Part shown: positions 1 to 12,300 of the stretch, in pieces
How the letters are laid out: each line of letters opens with the position of its first letter
Position numbering within the stretch: the first letter of the stretch is position 1
Source: Botryllus schlosseri
Taxonomy: Eukaryota
Assembly (NCBI GenBank): GCA_051294905.1
Contig: CM119375.1
Coordinates: forward strand, 7,068,001 to 7,132,000
Reading direction: 5' to 3'
Length of the DNA stretch: 64,000 bases
Notes under the pieces: model-generated
Databases searched by the model: none
Told to the model about the DNA's origin: nothing
The model's input: the letters and a program-made list of their open reading frames with translations, nothing else
Position numbers and translations under genes: made by a program

Positions 1-84
1 TAGTCATTACGCACTGTTGCCCAAGAGTCTGCGCAGTGCGTTGGTGAACGTGTGCAGACTCGTCGAAAATTAGAGGGAACATTG
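1..84. mobile_element. End of a MITE (TIR TAGAGGGAACATTG), same family as 54948-55139
   Basis: Bases 1-84 match the reverse complement of 54948-55031 and end in TAGAGGGAACATTG. Confidence 0.7.
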
Positions 85-333
85 GTAGCGAGTTTCAACT
101 TTAAACTGTCTATGGAAGGAAGGGGTACATAATGAGTCATAGTGTGTACTGTAGGTGGACTTGCATGACTCGATAATTCGAGCAGTCTGATCAAACTAAT
201 TACAGCGAAATGCCGGTACTCCAATTACGATATAATTCGGGAAATGTTTCTATGCTATTATTTGAATCCCAGCTCTATCCAAAAGTACGGGTTAGCAGAT
301 ACCGAAAGGCTTTCCGTAATCTCAAAGACGTAC

Positions 334-3300
334 CGACGACGTTTCTCGAACTCCTCTTGTCGAGCAAGTCGAGCGGCTCGTCCCTGGACTCTTCTATGCG
401 GTAACTCATGCGTTTCCTTTTCTTCTCTGCAGGTCTGCCTCCGTCGTCCGAATCAGAATCGGTCAGCAGTTCGTCGATACTAAATGCATCGCTTAGCGTT
501 AGTCGTGGATGTTACCAGCGAATTGGGCACTTGGTGAATTCGGAATTAGTCCTTACCTCAACCTCTCCCTACCATAACCTAAAACTTTAACCCTATCTAC
601 TGACCCTGACACTAACCTACCCTTAAACCGAATGCATCGTTACAGGGGTCACCAACACGCGGCTCGTGACCTGATTAAAGATTTCGAAAAATATCTTGCT
701 AAAGCATTTGGAAATGCTGAAATTGCTTTCAGTTTGAAACTATTTTCACTATTCATCACCAGCTTCTACGGCTTCGCCGATGGTAATTGGTTTCCACGGA
801 GGAAGAATGGCCATATTGTCTTGACAGAGCTATGGCTCGGACACCGCTTAGAAAACAAATTGTGGCTTCCCCACAAGCTCAAGCTTCAAGAGTTGATGGA
901 AATACCATGTCTAGCTGACCCCAATATCGATTCATTAGGAAAGTGATGATCATGATATTCTTTGTTTTATTTGTAATTCTTTAAATAAAATATATTTCTT
1001 TACTGCGATTTCGGTGGTCGAATTTTTCGGTGAAACTTGTACTTCTACGTGTAATCAAGTAGAATATCTACACAACTCCAAGCACTCACTCGTTGGAGTC
1101 CTTCCCATTGTCCTCCTCGTCGCTACCGCTGTCGTCCCCGCCGCGTTGTCCCAGGCGTCTCTCTCTCTGCTGACGCTTCTGACGGTCTCTCGTCTTCCTG
1201 AAGTTAGCCATCTGCTTCTTGTGGTCATCTGGCACCATCGAGTGGATCATGTCGTAACTGCAAATCAGAGGCGGTCAGCAGTGAAGTTTTCAACTCATAG
1301 TATGCATATGGACAGATTCAGTGTATGTATATCATGAGTCGGTGTATATGCCGCAAAAACATCAAAAACATACAACTTCCTACCCTACGTCCCTTGCCAC
1401 TAGATTCCCCATATTCCAACTATGCAGCCCATAGCATCAAAACACTAATTGGTGACGCCGAAAGAATACTACCGTCAAAAAATGCTCTATCGAGCAAGTT
1501 TTAACACCACTGCAAATCGAATTACCCGAATTTCCGGACTAAACGTTCCAACAGTTTCTTCACCTTGAACCGGAAATGACGCCGGGTTTCCGAGCTCCAC
1601 TGGAACAGCGAGCCGATCTGAAAACGGGAAGCCAAGTTACAATCGTCCTCTTACGATATCAAACTGAGCAATACAAATTCCACGCAGTCCTGATTTCAAG
1701 AAATACTGGCTTTTGAATCACGTGTTCATATTGAAATAAACCCGAACATTTTCAGTCGACACTGATGGGTAATGGTCAGACATTAGTAGCGATTCCAGAA
1801 ATGCTGTATATCAACAGTGCTATAACCAAATAAGATGTCACTGGCATAAAAATTCATATAAACAGAAATGTTCAGGTCGATTTTCAGGTCCAAATTGTGC
1901 CTTTCGTCCTGTTAGCGTCTACCAGGGTTGTAATGACTCGACTTGACTCGAGTCATTGCGCATGACTCGAACCAAGTCATACGACTCGAGACTCAGAAAA
2001 TGCTGTATATCAACAGTACTATAACCAAATAAGATGTCACTGGCACAAAAATTCATATAAACAAACAGAAATGTTTAGGCCGATTTTCAGGTCCAAATTG
2101 TGCCTTTCGCCCCGTTAGCGTCTACCAGGGTTGTAATGACTCGACTTAAATCGAGTCAATTTGTGTATTGACTCGACTTGGACTCGAGCCATTGCGCATG
2201 ACTCGAACCAAGCCACATGACTCGAGACTCAGATGGCCCAAGACTGACATTTCATTGTAATTTTGAAGAATAGTAAAGTAATCACACTATTGAAATTTCA
2301 TCTATTGGTACTGCTATTGTAATTTTGAAGAATAGTGAAGTTACCTCACTATTGAAATTTCATCCATTGGTACTGGTACTTGAAAATGCGGCCAGAAACT
2401 GCTAAATGCGAGGAAAATTAGTATATCTAAATGCGAACCATTCGATATTACCAAACAGAGTTATCAAAATTGGGTTTAACAATACTTTAACAGGAAACTG
2501 AGCAGTCAACACAATGAATTGGACTCGGGTCATAATACCATAACACTCGACCCTCTGCTCGCTGACTCGGACTTGACTCGGTGGCGAATTGAGAATGACT
2601 CGACTTGACTCGGAGTCCTGCGACTCGGTCACAACCCTGGCGTTTTCCATGGACGTTCGAAGTGTTAGCTGTCGCCCACAGACATTAAAATTATGTCATA
2701 CACACGAATAGAGTCGGGAATTCTCAGAAACACCATTTTCGACGACATAGAAAGAAATTTAAAAACAAAGGAAGAAAAAAACGCTAAAGCCGCTCACGAT
2801 TTCTTCAAGATGTTGAGCGAGCGCGGCCTTGCTCAAAATGCTCAGGAGCACGGTCACGAAGCCGAGCGCCGCCTTGCAAACTTGCCGTGTGTTGGTGCCG
2901 AGCAGGAGGCAGACTTTACGAATGCAGTCGTTGAGCAAATCGGACGATATCGCCTCTGAACACAGATAGCAGCGAGCGTTTGAAACCTCTCGTAGTCGCG
3001 AAAAACTTTTGCAGTTTCGCGTACCGTTGAATTCGTAGATAATCCTCGACAAACCGCATATTGTCGCCGTGATAGCGGTGTCAGATCCTCCCAATCCCAC
3101 CGAACAAATCTAAAATGTAACAACGATAAAATACAAAAAACCATGCGCAGCATTGAGCAAATTATATCCTTTCAAATCCTGTTTCCAATTTGAGGATTCA
3201 TGAGTGTCCACATTACAATCAGCAATTACATCTTCAATAATCGAGATTCATAAAAATCATAATTCCAATCCCAATCTGGATAAACATCCATTATGTTCAG

Positions 3301-6300
3301 ATTAAAACCGTAACAATGATTAGAAATTACAACTTCAAGTCCAATTTCACCAATTCCAGACTAATCCCGATATAATCTTAAAATTTCGTTGTTTTTTTCA
3401 AATCCAAATCCAATCTCAATTGGTAAAATTAGTAGAAATCACATCTCCAAGCCCTGTATTTCAGATTCAAAAGAATTATAGACCCGATCCGTTTTTTTCA
3501 AATCCACAATCATCACTCTGGCAGATTTCGCGTCAGAATTGAAGATAAAAAACTGCTAACGTTCGTGTCACAAATTTTGAAGCTCCGATTGAATTTCGAA
3601 CACTTGTCTAACCACGCAGACACGCGCCGAACAAAATCATCACCTCAAAATATTCTTGGAGCGCACGTTTCTTTATCTCTTCCTCGTCTCGTTCCGCGAC
3701 ACGGAGAGCCGCGTCGCAATACGTATTGCCGGCCGTGACCAAAATGCTGAACGCGGCCGCACGGACTTTTCTTTTGTCTCTCGTGCACAGAATAACCTTG
3801 AGCAAAGAATCATTGCAAACATGCGACCAGAGCCTGTCAGTAACGAAGTAGCCTACTTCTATAACAGGAGTGGGCAGAACTTCTTCACGCGCAAGCCGCA
3901 TAACAAAAATTGTGGTTTTAAAAGAGTCACAACACAAAAATCCAAAAGTACGTCACAATGAAATGTAGGCTATCATTATGTGGTGATACGGTGCGTCTCC
4001 ACCTTGGCTGCAAGGTGTTCGTAATCAAGCTAGTATGTCGTCAAGGCAGTGTGGAGCAGTTCCTTCAAGTGCTGCCGAGTGTTTGAGGAAGATTTTAGAT
4101 CAGTAATCTTATTACTCCGTTGAAAACGTTCGTGCGGAATCTATTCGAGAGTTCAATTGCAAGATTCTAACCCTGTAGCGCCACCCGGAACGTACACTAT
4201 AAGGAAATAAACAGCGCAAAAACAGTACGCAGCACATTGATAGGATGCATCAATGTGTAATAAGGTTAAACTTCTCTAGCAAAATCGCGAAACGCATGTG
4301 CATGCGCGATCATTAAAGAGTTGCAGTTTGCCCAACTCTGTTCTATAGGGTCCTCAATAAGGCATTGTCTACTTGTGCTATTTCCTCATTTGATTACGTT
4401 TTCAGGTTTTAGGTTTTACACTGGATTTTGTGCAGTAAAGCAGTGCTCACTCATATGGGTGAAATATTCAACGGACCGACTAAGGCTGACTACTTTGACC
4501 GCCTCTGCAGACAACCAAGAACCGAGGTCCTGGCATTATCAAAGTAAACAGAATGAGTACAAAACCAAATCAGAAAAACCAAAATTCTTGTCGCTATCCA
4601 AGATTTCTTGGTTAGCTTGTGGATAAGATAATTCTTGACACCAGTACTAAATCGGAAACGACTCGTTTAGACGACGTTTCTACGCAACCATAGAACAAGG
4701 AAGTCACACAAAGCCCCAAAAACAGCGGCCTCACCTCGGGTATAGAGTCTCTCAAAAACGTAACGAATTTTTCGGAGGAATGTTTTTCGTCGGAACCCAG
4801 CAAAACGAGCATGTTCTTGATACAAGTCAGTCGCGAGCCTGTCGAAAATAAATAACGAGTCATACAAAATGACAAAAACTCGGCAAATCCCCACTTTTTC
4901 AAGTCGGTCGAGTTTTTGTACTTTTAGACCACCTTCAATTAGCCGTTACGTGCGATTTACCGCTAAAATTATGCGACGCCTCAAGCGAATCTGCTTTTTT
5001 ATTATTATTAAATTACTCATTCGACCAGTTTCCCCTTGGAAATGGCCACTCCTAGTCAAGTAGCAATTTACAATATTACTTTTCCATAAGCAGCGTTTCA
5101 CAGAATAACTTCTACTGGAGTCGCAACGCTACTTACTTTGTATGCCTCACTTTTTATAAATTACATTGTTTTCCACCACTTTCGTTTCCAATTTTACTTG
5201 AAGTAGTTTTGGATGTCTTGGAAATCGCCACAGCTACTTGAAATTTACAGAATTACTTCTGAACAGACTGTCGAAGGTACACAGCTTCAACATACAATTG
5301 TATAATATATTCATATTGCAATAAATACAAATATTCCCAGTTGACCGTTGTTATACGGAGTTCCTTTGAGTTCTCCACTAGTTGCTGACGATTACCCCTG
5401 ACGAGTGTCAGCCGAAAATATTCGGGTTCATTTCAATACGAACATACTATTCAAGTAGCTATTCACGGAACTAAGCAGTGACATACACAGCATTAGTGAC
5501 ACCCTGTCTGCATAAAACCCACCTTTCGACGAAGGGCTAGCGGCCGTCAAACTCGCGGTCAGTATGCCGCTGATTTCGTCCAGTCTGCCGTCCACAAATT
5601 TCCGGCAATCGGGGCTGGACGACCCCAGCACGGTGTTCAGCAGTCGGTAGGCCTTCTTTTGTATTCTCTGATTCGGGCTTCGAAGCATCGGTTTCACGTC
5701 CTGGTATGTCAACCATATTACTAGACAGTTTCGTATAAACTACCAGTATAGTTTGGGTTAAACATTCGTGTCGACGTACCTGGTAAACCGAGGTCAAACT
5801 TTCCAAGTCGACGTGCGGAACCATGCAGACGACGAGATCCAGTAAAGAGAGACGTGTCGAGTCTGTTTCGTTCGGACTGTTGAACACCCTCGTTAAAGAT
5901 TTGGAGAAGAAGCTGCAAGAAAAGCGCAAATAAAACACCTCTGGCCGCTCTGAAAACATTACGATTACGGCTTCGAGTCGCAAATTCGAAGTGTCAGTTA
6001 TTGTGACGTCGCAACATTGTGAATTATGTGAAACGTTATATATACGTGAACCTTTTATTCCACTACAAAATATGTAATGCCGCATTAAAGATCATATAGT
6101 TTTTTCGGCCATACCTATTTCATTGTACTGACACTGCTGCGTAACAGATATGCCATTTCCACTCACAGGCGTGGGTTTGTACCGCATGTAACCTATGCTC
6201 ATGCTGCAATGCGACTAATTGTGGTTTACAGTGGAAAACAGTACCAAAGCTCTAATTCCCGCTGATAAAGTAACGCCGGCAAGAAGCATATAATTTTGGT

Positions 6301-9300
6301 TGTCGGAAACTCATCTCCCTCAGCTCGAATCCTCATACTCGATACTCGAGTCAGATTAAAACACTCAAATCATTGTGCCCAGCTCTAGTTAGGTCTGCAA
6401 CCAATGGCTTTCAAGCCACATGTGACTCTTTTGATGATATCGTATGGCCCTCAGAGAAAAGGAATTGAATAGTAGCCTCCTATATTCGTATTGAAATGAA
6501 CCCGAATATTTTCGGCTGACTCTCGTCAGCAACTAGTAGACAATCGGGAAGAACATTGCATATCAACAATCGTATCACAAAATATGACGTCACCGGAATG
6601 AAACGTCGAACAATCTGCTCGACTTTCATCAAAATACGCCAAGCCTGTGCCTAGCGAAGGAGTTTGTGTACCATCTAAAAATAGTACATTGAGCGTAAGC
6701 GCTCTCTCTGCCCCGATTATTCGAAATTTCATGCCGCGAGTATCCGATGAAAATATTCGGGTTCATTTGAATATGAATATACTATTCTATTGTAAGTTGA
6801 AGTTCTTTACCTCCAAGAAGCTCTTCAGAAAAAAAGGTCACAATTATCAAGAATCGAATCAAATTAAGAATGGATGATAATAGATTTTGCGTAACACATA
6901 TCTGCCCGGATCGCGGAAGTTAGCCGTGTAATTCGTAGAACCACGTAGGAAATGAAGCGTAAAAGAAACACGTACAGAGATGTCTATGTTTGATCTCTTG
7001 CACCGCACAGAAAACTGCGGTGATCCACAAATCACAATAATGGTGGCGCTGACTCGATAACCTAACGATTCCTCACGTCTCGATGGTTTAAACAAAATTA
7101 TTCAAACTTTCGACAAAGTACGGCAATATCATACATTTGAGTGTAAGTTCCCCTGAAAATCTCTAGACATTGTTTCATAAAGTGTCAGCGCGAGCTGTTT
7201 ACTTGGGAACAGATACCGCTGTTTCAGTCTACAAAGTTTGAGACGGACAAGTACAAAAACTGCACTTACTTTTGCACGAGCGGCCGATCCGTCACTTCTA
7301 AATATACCCGGATCGTTTCCAGCGCGGCCAGACGCTCTGGCGACTTCGATTTGCTCCAGTCCCCGTTCTTTATAGGGTCGAAACCGGCGGGCGGCGTCGT
7401 GTAAAGATTAAAAAGAATGGGGAGGTAGTTCTTCGCGAAACGCTTCAGCACATTCCTGAAACGCGAAGGCAAGATGAAATTTTGCAAACAGTTGCTTATC
7501 AAAGGCAGCGCATACATCATACCAGGGGTGGGCTAACTTTTTAGCTCGCAGACCGCATTCAACATATGAATTTATTCGCGGGTCGCATCAGCATCATTAT
7601 AAAATTGGGATACTGAGCAAAAATTCAATATAGCTATTTGATTACATAGTCACCGACAACATGGAAATATTATATCTGTATTTGTATATTTAAACAAACA
7701 AAACATTGATTTGACGATAACGACAGAAACATTGACGAGAATTTATAAGCTGATTAGTGATCATTGATCATCCTCATGGTCAAAATTAGGGACGAAAGTC
7801 TGTTGTGTCTACTGGATTTAAATTAGAGTCTGTGATCAGCGATTTGTTCATAGATATTCTGATTGTCCTTCTGGTTTAACTACAGGACGCACAATGCTGA
7901 CAGCATGATAACCATGTTACCTTTAAACACGATTCTACAATACATAAATACCAATACTTCTACACACACAAAGAACGAATCTATCTTACACACTCGCGAA
8001 TCGGTTTTTCCAAGTACAGCGCTAAAAGTAATATACCGGTTCATGCTGCCAATCTAAAGTCACACTCGTGGTCCGAATTAAGGCATTTATGTTTCAATTT
8101 CTGTGATGATTATTGATTTAAACCTTTCTAAATGCATGGGCCTTAAGGTCCGGCTATCGCGGCATCAATGAAAAAAAAGAATACGAATCGAACTTGTTAA
8201 TCACGTTGAAATATATGAAGATAAAGTGTAATCAAGTACCCACAGTAATTTGATTTTTAGTGCGCATTTTATCAATACTTCTACAACATTTCAGTTCGTA
8301 GTTTGCCCGTCCCTGCATTATACAATCATACATGGATGTACAGAGGTTGTCCAAGCAGTCGGAATTGGTGGAATAATCGAATTCAAGTCATGTCAAAGAG
8401 GCTTCGAGTAGAAGTACTCAAGTAAGTGATTTCAAAAATGAGATTCGGCCGAGGTGTCACATACTTATAGTACGCGAATTGAGAAAGACAAGCCGTCGCA
8501 GCAAAGCGACAATGCAAACTGGTGCGCATTTCGAAAATATATTCAATGCGACCATACCAGGGATATTACGTGTGGTTATCATGACGATTTTGCTCACAAA
8601 AATCCATCCAACAACTACTTTCCACTGTAAAAATAATCCACGGTCTCAAAATCCAAACCATAGTGTCCTATATGGTGTCGACACAAGCAAATCTCACGGC
8701 TCAGTGAAAATGTATCACGTCACAATCTCCATTTGGCAACAGGCAATTTGACGGTCATTTTTGACCGGCTTGCCGACCATTAAATTTGGTCAAACGGGTA
8801 TCAATCGAAAGCTGACTCTGCACTGATTACGAAAATATAAATTTTATTCTGCTCGCGGCCCTGGAACCCCCACAATCAGCCTCGAATTTTTCATTGTTAT
8901 GGAGATTGGCATTGATACGCAACAATGCTGTCTGGCGAAACGAGAGATTAACGGAAATGGAATTAATGGAAATTGCGACGTGATACAATTTCACTGAGCC
9001 GTGAGATTTGCCTGTGTCGACACCATATAGGACACGATGTCCAAACACTCTGGAAGTAATCTAAATGCGGTGCGAGTACGGAAAGCCTGCTTGAGCACTC
9101 CAAAACGTAGTCCGCATCTGCACTCGTGAATAAAAGAATTACACGCATACTTGTCATCAGCGTCTTTACAACTGGACACCAACGAACGCAGCGCCTGCAT
9201 TGCCAAGGGCCTGATATCGGCACGTTCTGTAATGGCGGACCCGAGCGTCCTCGCCAGCACCGGGAAAGCGGTCGCGATATCCGTGGCACCGTCGCAGAAA

Positions 9301-12300
9301 TTCGGCAGCAGAGACCAGATTTGATATTGCAACGCGTCGTAGACAGACGCCGTAGCGTCACTGCCGGCTTTTCTCGACTGTAGGGCTGGAAACGAAAAAA
9401 ATTACCGTTTCAAACGTGACAGCGGCTAAATATGCGACGGACCCATACCTTTGATGCGAATGCTGGCGGCCAGCGGCAGAAAGTAGGATGTGAAGAATTT
9501 AATTTCTGTGTTTTTCACGCAGTTTTTCAGAAGCGGCAGCATCCAGCTTCTCTCAAAGTCTCCCGCGGAACTGAAATTCGATGAAAAACTCTGTAAATTC
9601 GTACCCAATCAGAAAAGAATCGTCGATCTCAAACGTCAAAACCATTTCATGGGGAAGTAGAATACGAAAGGTCCGAGAAGTATATTGCTACTGCAAATGT
9701 GTAAAATGACTCGACTTGAGTCAGTTTTTGTATCGGCTCAACTTGTACCCAAATCATTGTGCATGACTCAAGACCAGGACGGCCAAGCCAGACATTTCAT
9801 TGTAACTTTGAAGAGTAGTAAAGTTACCACATTATTGGTATTTCGTCTATCAGACTATAGGGCCAGAAACCGTTAGGACTGGGGATTGAGGAAAATCAGT
9901 ATATTATGAATGCGAGCCATTCTATATCGCTCGAGCAAAGTTGAAAAAGGGGGTTGAACAGAATTGAACTGACAATTGAACATAATGACTTGGACTCGAC
10001 CCTCTACTAGCTGTCTTGGACTTGACTCGAGTCAAACTATAAAAGTAAGATTGACTTACAAGTGACTCGGAACCTTGTGACTCGGTTACAAGCCTGGATA
10101 ATGCTATAAAATTTGATATACACTCTCTACAACAAAATTAGATTCTCCAGCTTACCAACAATTGCTTTTGTCGAAAATCGGTTTCAAAAAAGTGATCGTG
10201 AGATTATAGCACCACGGAAAAGTTATCATAAAATGGTCCATTACCCGGTATCGCCAATCATCAACGGCACAACTTCCAGTATCGCTTTCGGCCCCAAAGA
10301 CTCCACGGCTGCCGACAACGCTTTATCATGAATCGACTTATCGTGTGGCGACAACGTATCGCGAAGATTCACCATCGAGCCCACCAAGACGCAAACCTGG
10401 AACGATTTAAATGGAGAATTAAAATGTAAATCAAACCGGCGAGTCTACGCAGCAGAACTTACGGCGTCTGAATTTTCTGATGACGACAAACGACTGAACC
10501 CGACCTGTAGCGATTCCAACGTCAAGTCTCTCACGGCGTGAAACTTGAATTGAAGCCCGTCGCTCAAGCAACTGGAAGATATAAGTAAATTAAGTAAGTA
10601 TATTGAAAATTTTTAAAATCAATAAAAAATAAATCAAAACGTGGTCACAGTGAAAATTCGTGACCGGTTTATGGCTCACTACAGTGCAGACATCCGAGGA
10701 TTGAAACCCTAGCAGGGTATCGGAAGTAGATGATTCATATTCCTTCGAGAGTCGGAAGGAAGCTACAATAAACGGTGACAAAACTATTTTGAGGCATGCC
10801 ACTGACCTCCACGAATTTCCAAGGAAAAACCATCTATTTCAAATTTTATATTAGTAGAACACACGGCAGAAAATCTTGCCGAAATTCCCCTTTCACAGAG
10901 CAGTATCAGCACTTTTACACGCAGCATCAAAGAGTTGTATGGATATCACGAACAAAAAGCTAGATGTCGGACCACGTGCTCCAGTCAACCGTCTGCACTG
11001 TGCTCGGAATGCCGAAATCAATCTCAATTGGAGAACACTGAAAAATCGCATACCCGAAAGCTTTATTCACAGCGCCGGAGTACATTTCCGGTGTAGCGAA
11101 TTCCTTACACGCGCTTAGCCTGTCGATAGCGATCTAAACAAAGCAGATACCAAAATAAATACAAAATTTGGGGTTACAGACTCAGTAAGCTAACTTTAAT
11201 TGATCGATATAGCCAACGGAACAGACATCTTGTTGCATTGGACATCTAACAGACACCACCTACCAGCAAGGTGTTCGGTGCTCAAGTAGGTACTCAAAGT
11301 ACTCAAGTAGCTTTTGTCTACTACTATTACTCGAGTGGTTCTGTTTTCAGACAACTTTCACTTTCAGCGGACCGTATGAACAGTAACGGAGCATATTTTC
11401 AAAAATTGCACCTATCTGGATTGTTATGAGTGGTTTTGCATTAGTCGCAGCAAAGACGCGCATCCTGCCTGAGGACGCTACTCAAAATACACTCACAGAT
11501 ATCGTAGAGGCAGCCACCACCGCGCAACTTCTCGGGCACGCCTCCATAATCTTAAAACACGCTTTCAAAACGGCGTGGATATGCGCCAACACCAAGTTCT
11601 GCATGTCCACTTTTCTCTAAACACAAAATTTTCCGCAGTAGAAAAACACTATAGCACCCACGAAAGCAACACAGCTCCATACCTCGCTAGACGAGAAGAC
11701 GTGAACCAGATGCTTCACGCCTTCGCTCATAAGTCCCAGCCAGGGTTGCAGCAGCTGGCTGTCCGCCACGGATGGCTGGTAGTCGTACAAGGACTGAAAT
11801 ACCATTAAAAACTAAGCGATCAATACCGCATCAGAACGTAGTAACAGAGGGAAAACGAACCGTTAAGATCTTCCCGCAAAGGTCGATGCCGAGTTTGGCT
11901 TCGGCCGGATGATTCTTGAACATGGCGTACAGAGCCTAAACGACAATGTCGATTATAATACGGAAAGGCAGACACACTTTCAAAATGCAACGACATGAGA
12001 CAAGTCTTATACAGAGTCTATTTCCATAGTGCATGGAAACATTCGTCCAGAAACGTGTTAGAACCTGTTAGGTTTCCTGAAAAATACAAAGCACACCAAT
12101 TTTGGGTCAATCACAACCTATAGACACATTGCTATGTAAGAAAAAAGTTGTGGCTTTACTTCAAATAAATAAATTTCAAATTTTATTAGGTACCCAATGA
12201 TATTGTTAGGTTGTCTGAAAAAACGATACACAACAAATCCGACTCAATTCCAACCAGTAGAAGCGAAATTATTGATGTTCAAAATTTAGGATATCAAATC

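Noticed and set aside
4430-4535. Second H/ACA-like arrangement in RRP12 intron 19 (GACC/GGTC hairpin, AAAGTA, later ACA)
   Set aside because: The 3' hairpin cannot be folded convincingly.
7770-7860. GACTTTCGT on the RRP12 sense strand, complementary to conserved 18S ACGAAAGUC: possible C/D snoRNA guide
   Set aside because: No canonical C box or CTGA D box at the required spacing, and the match is only 9 nt perfect.
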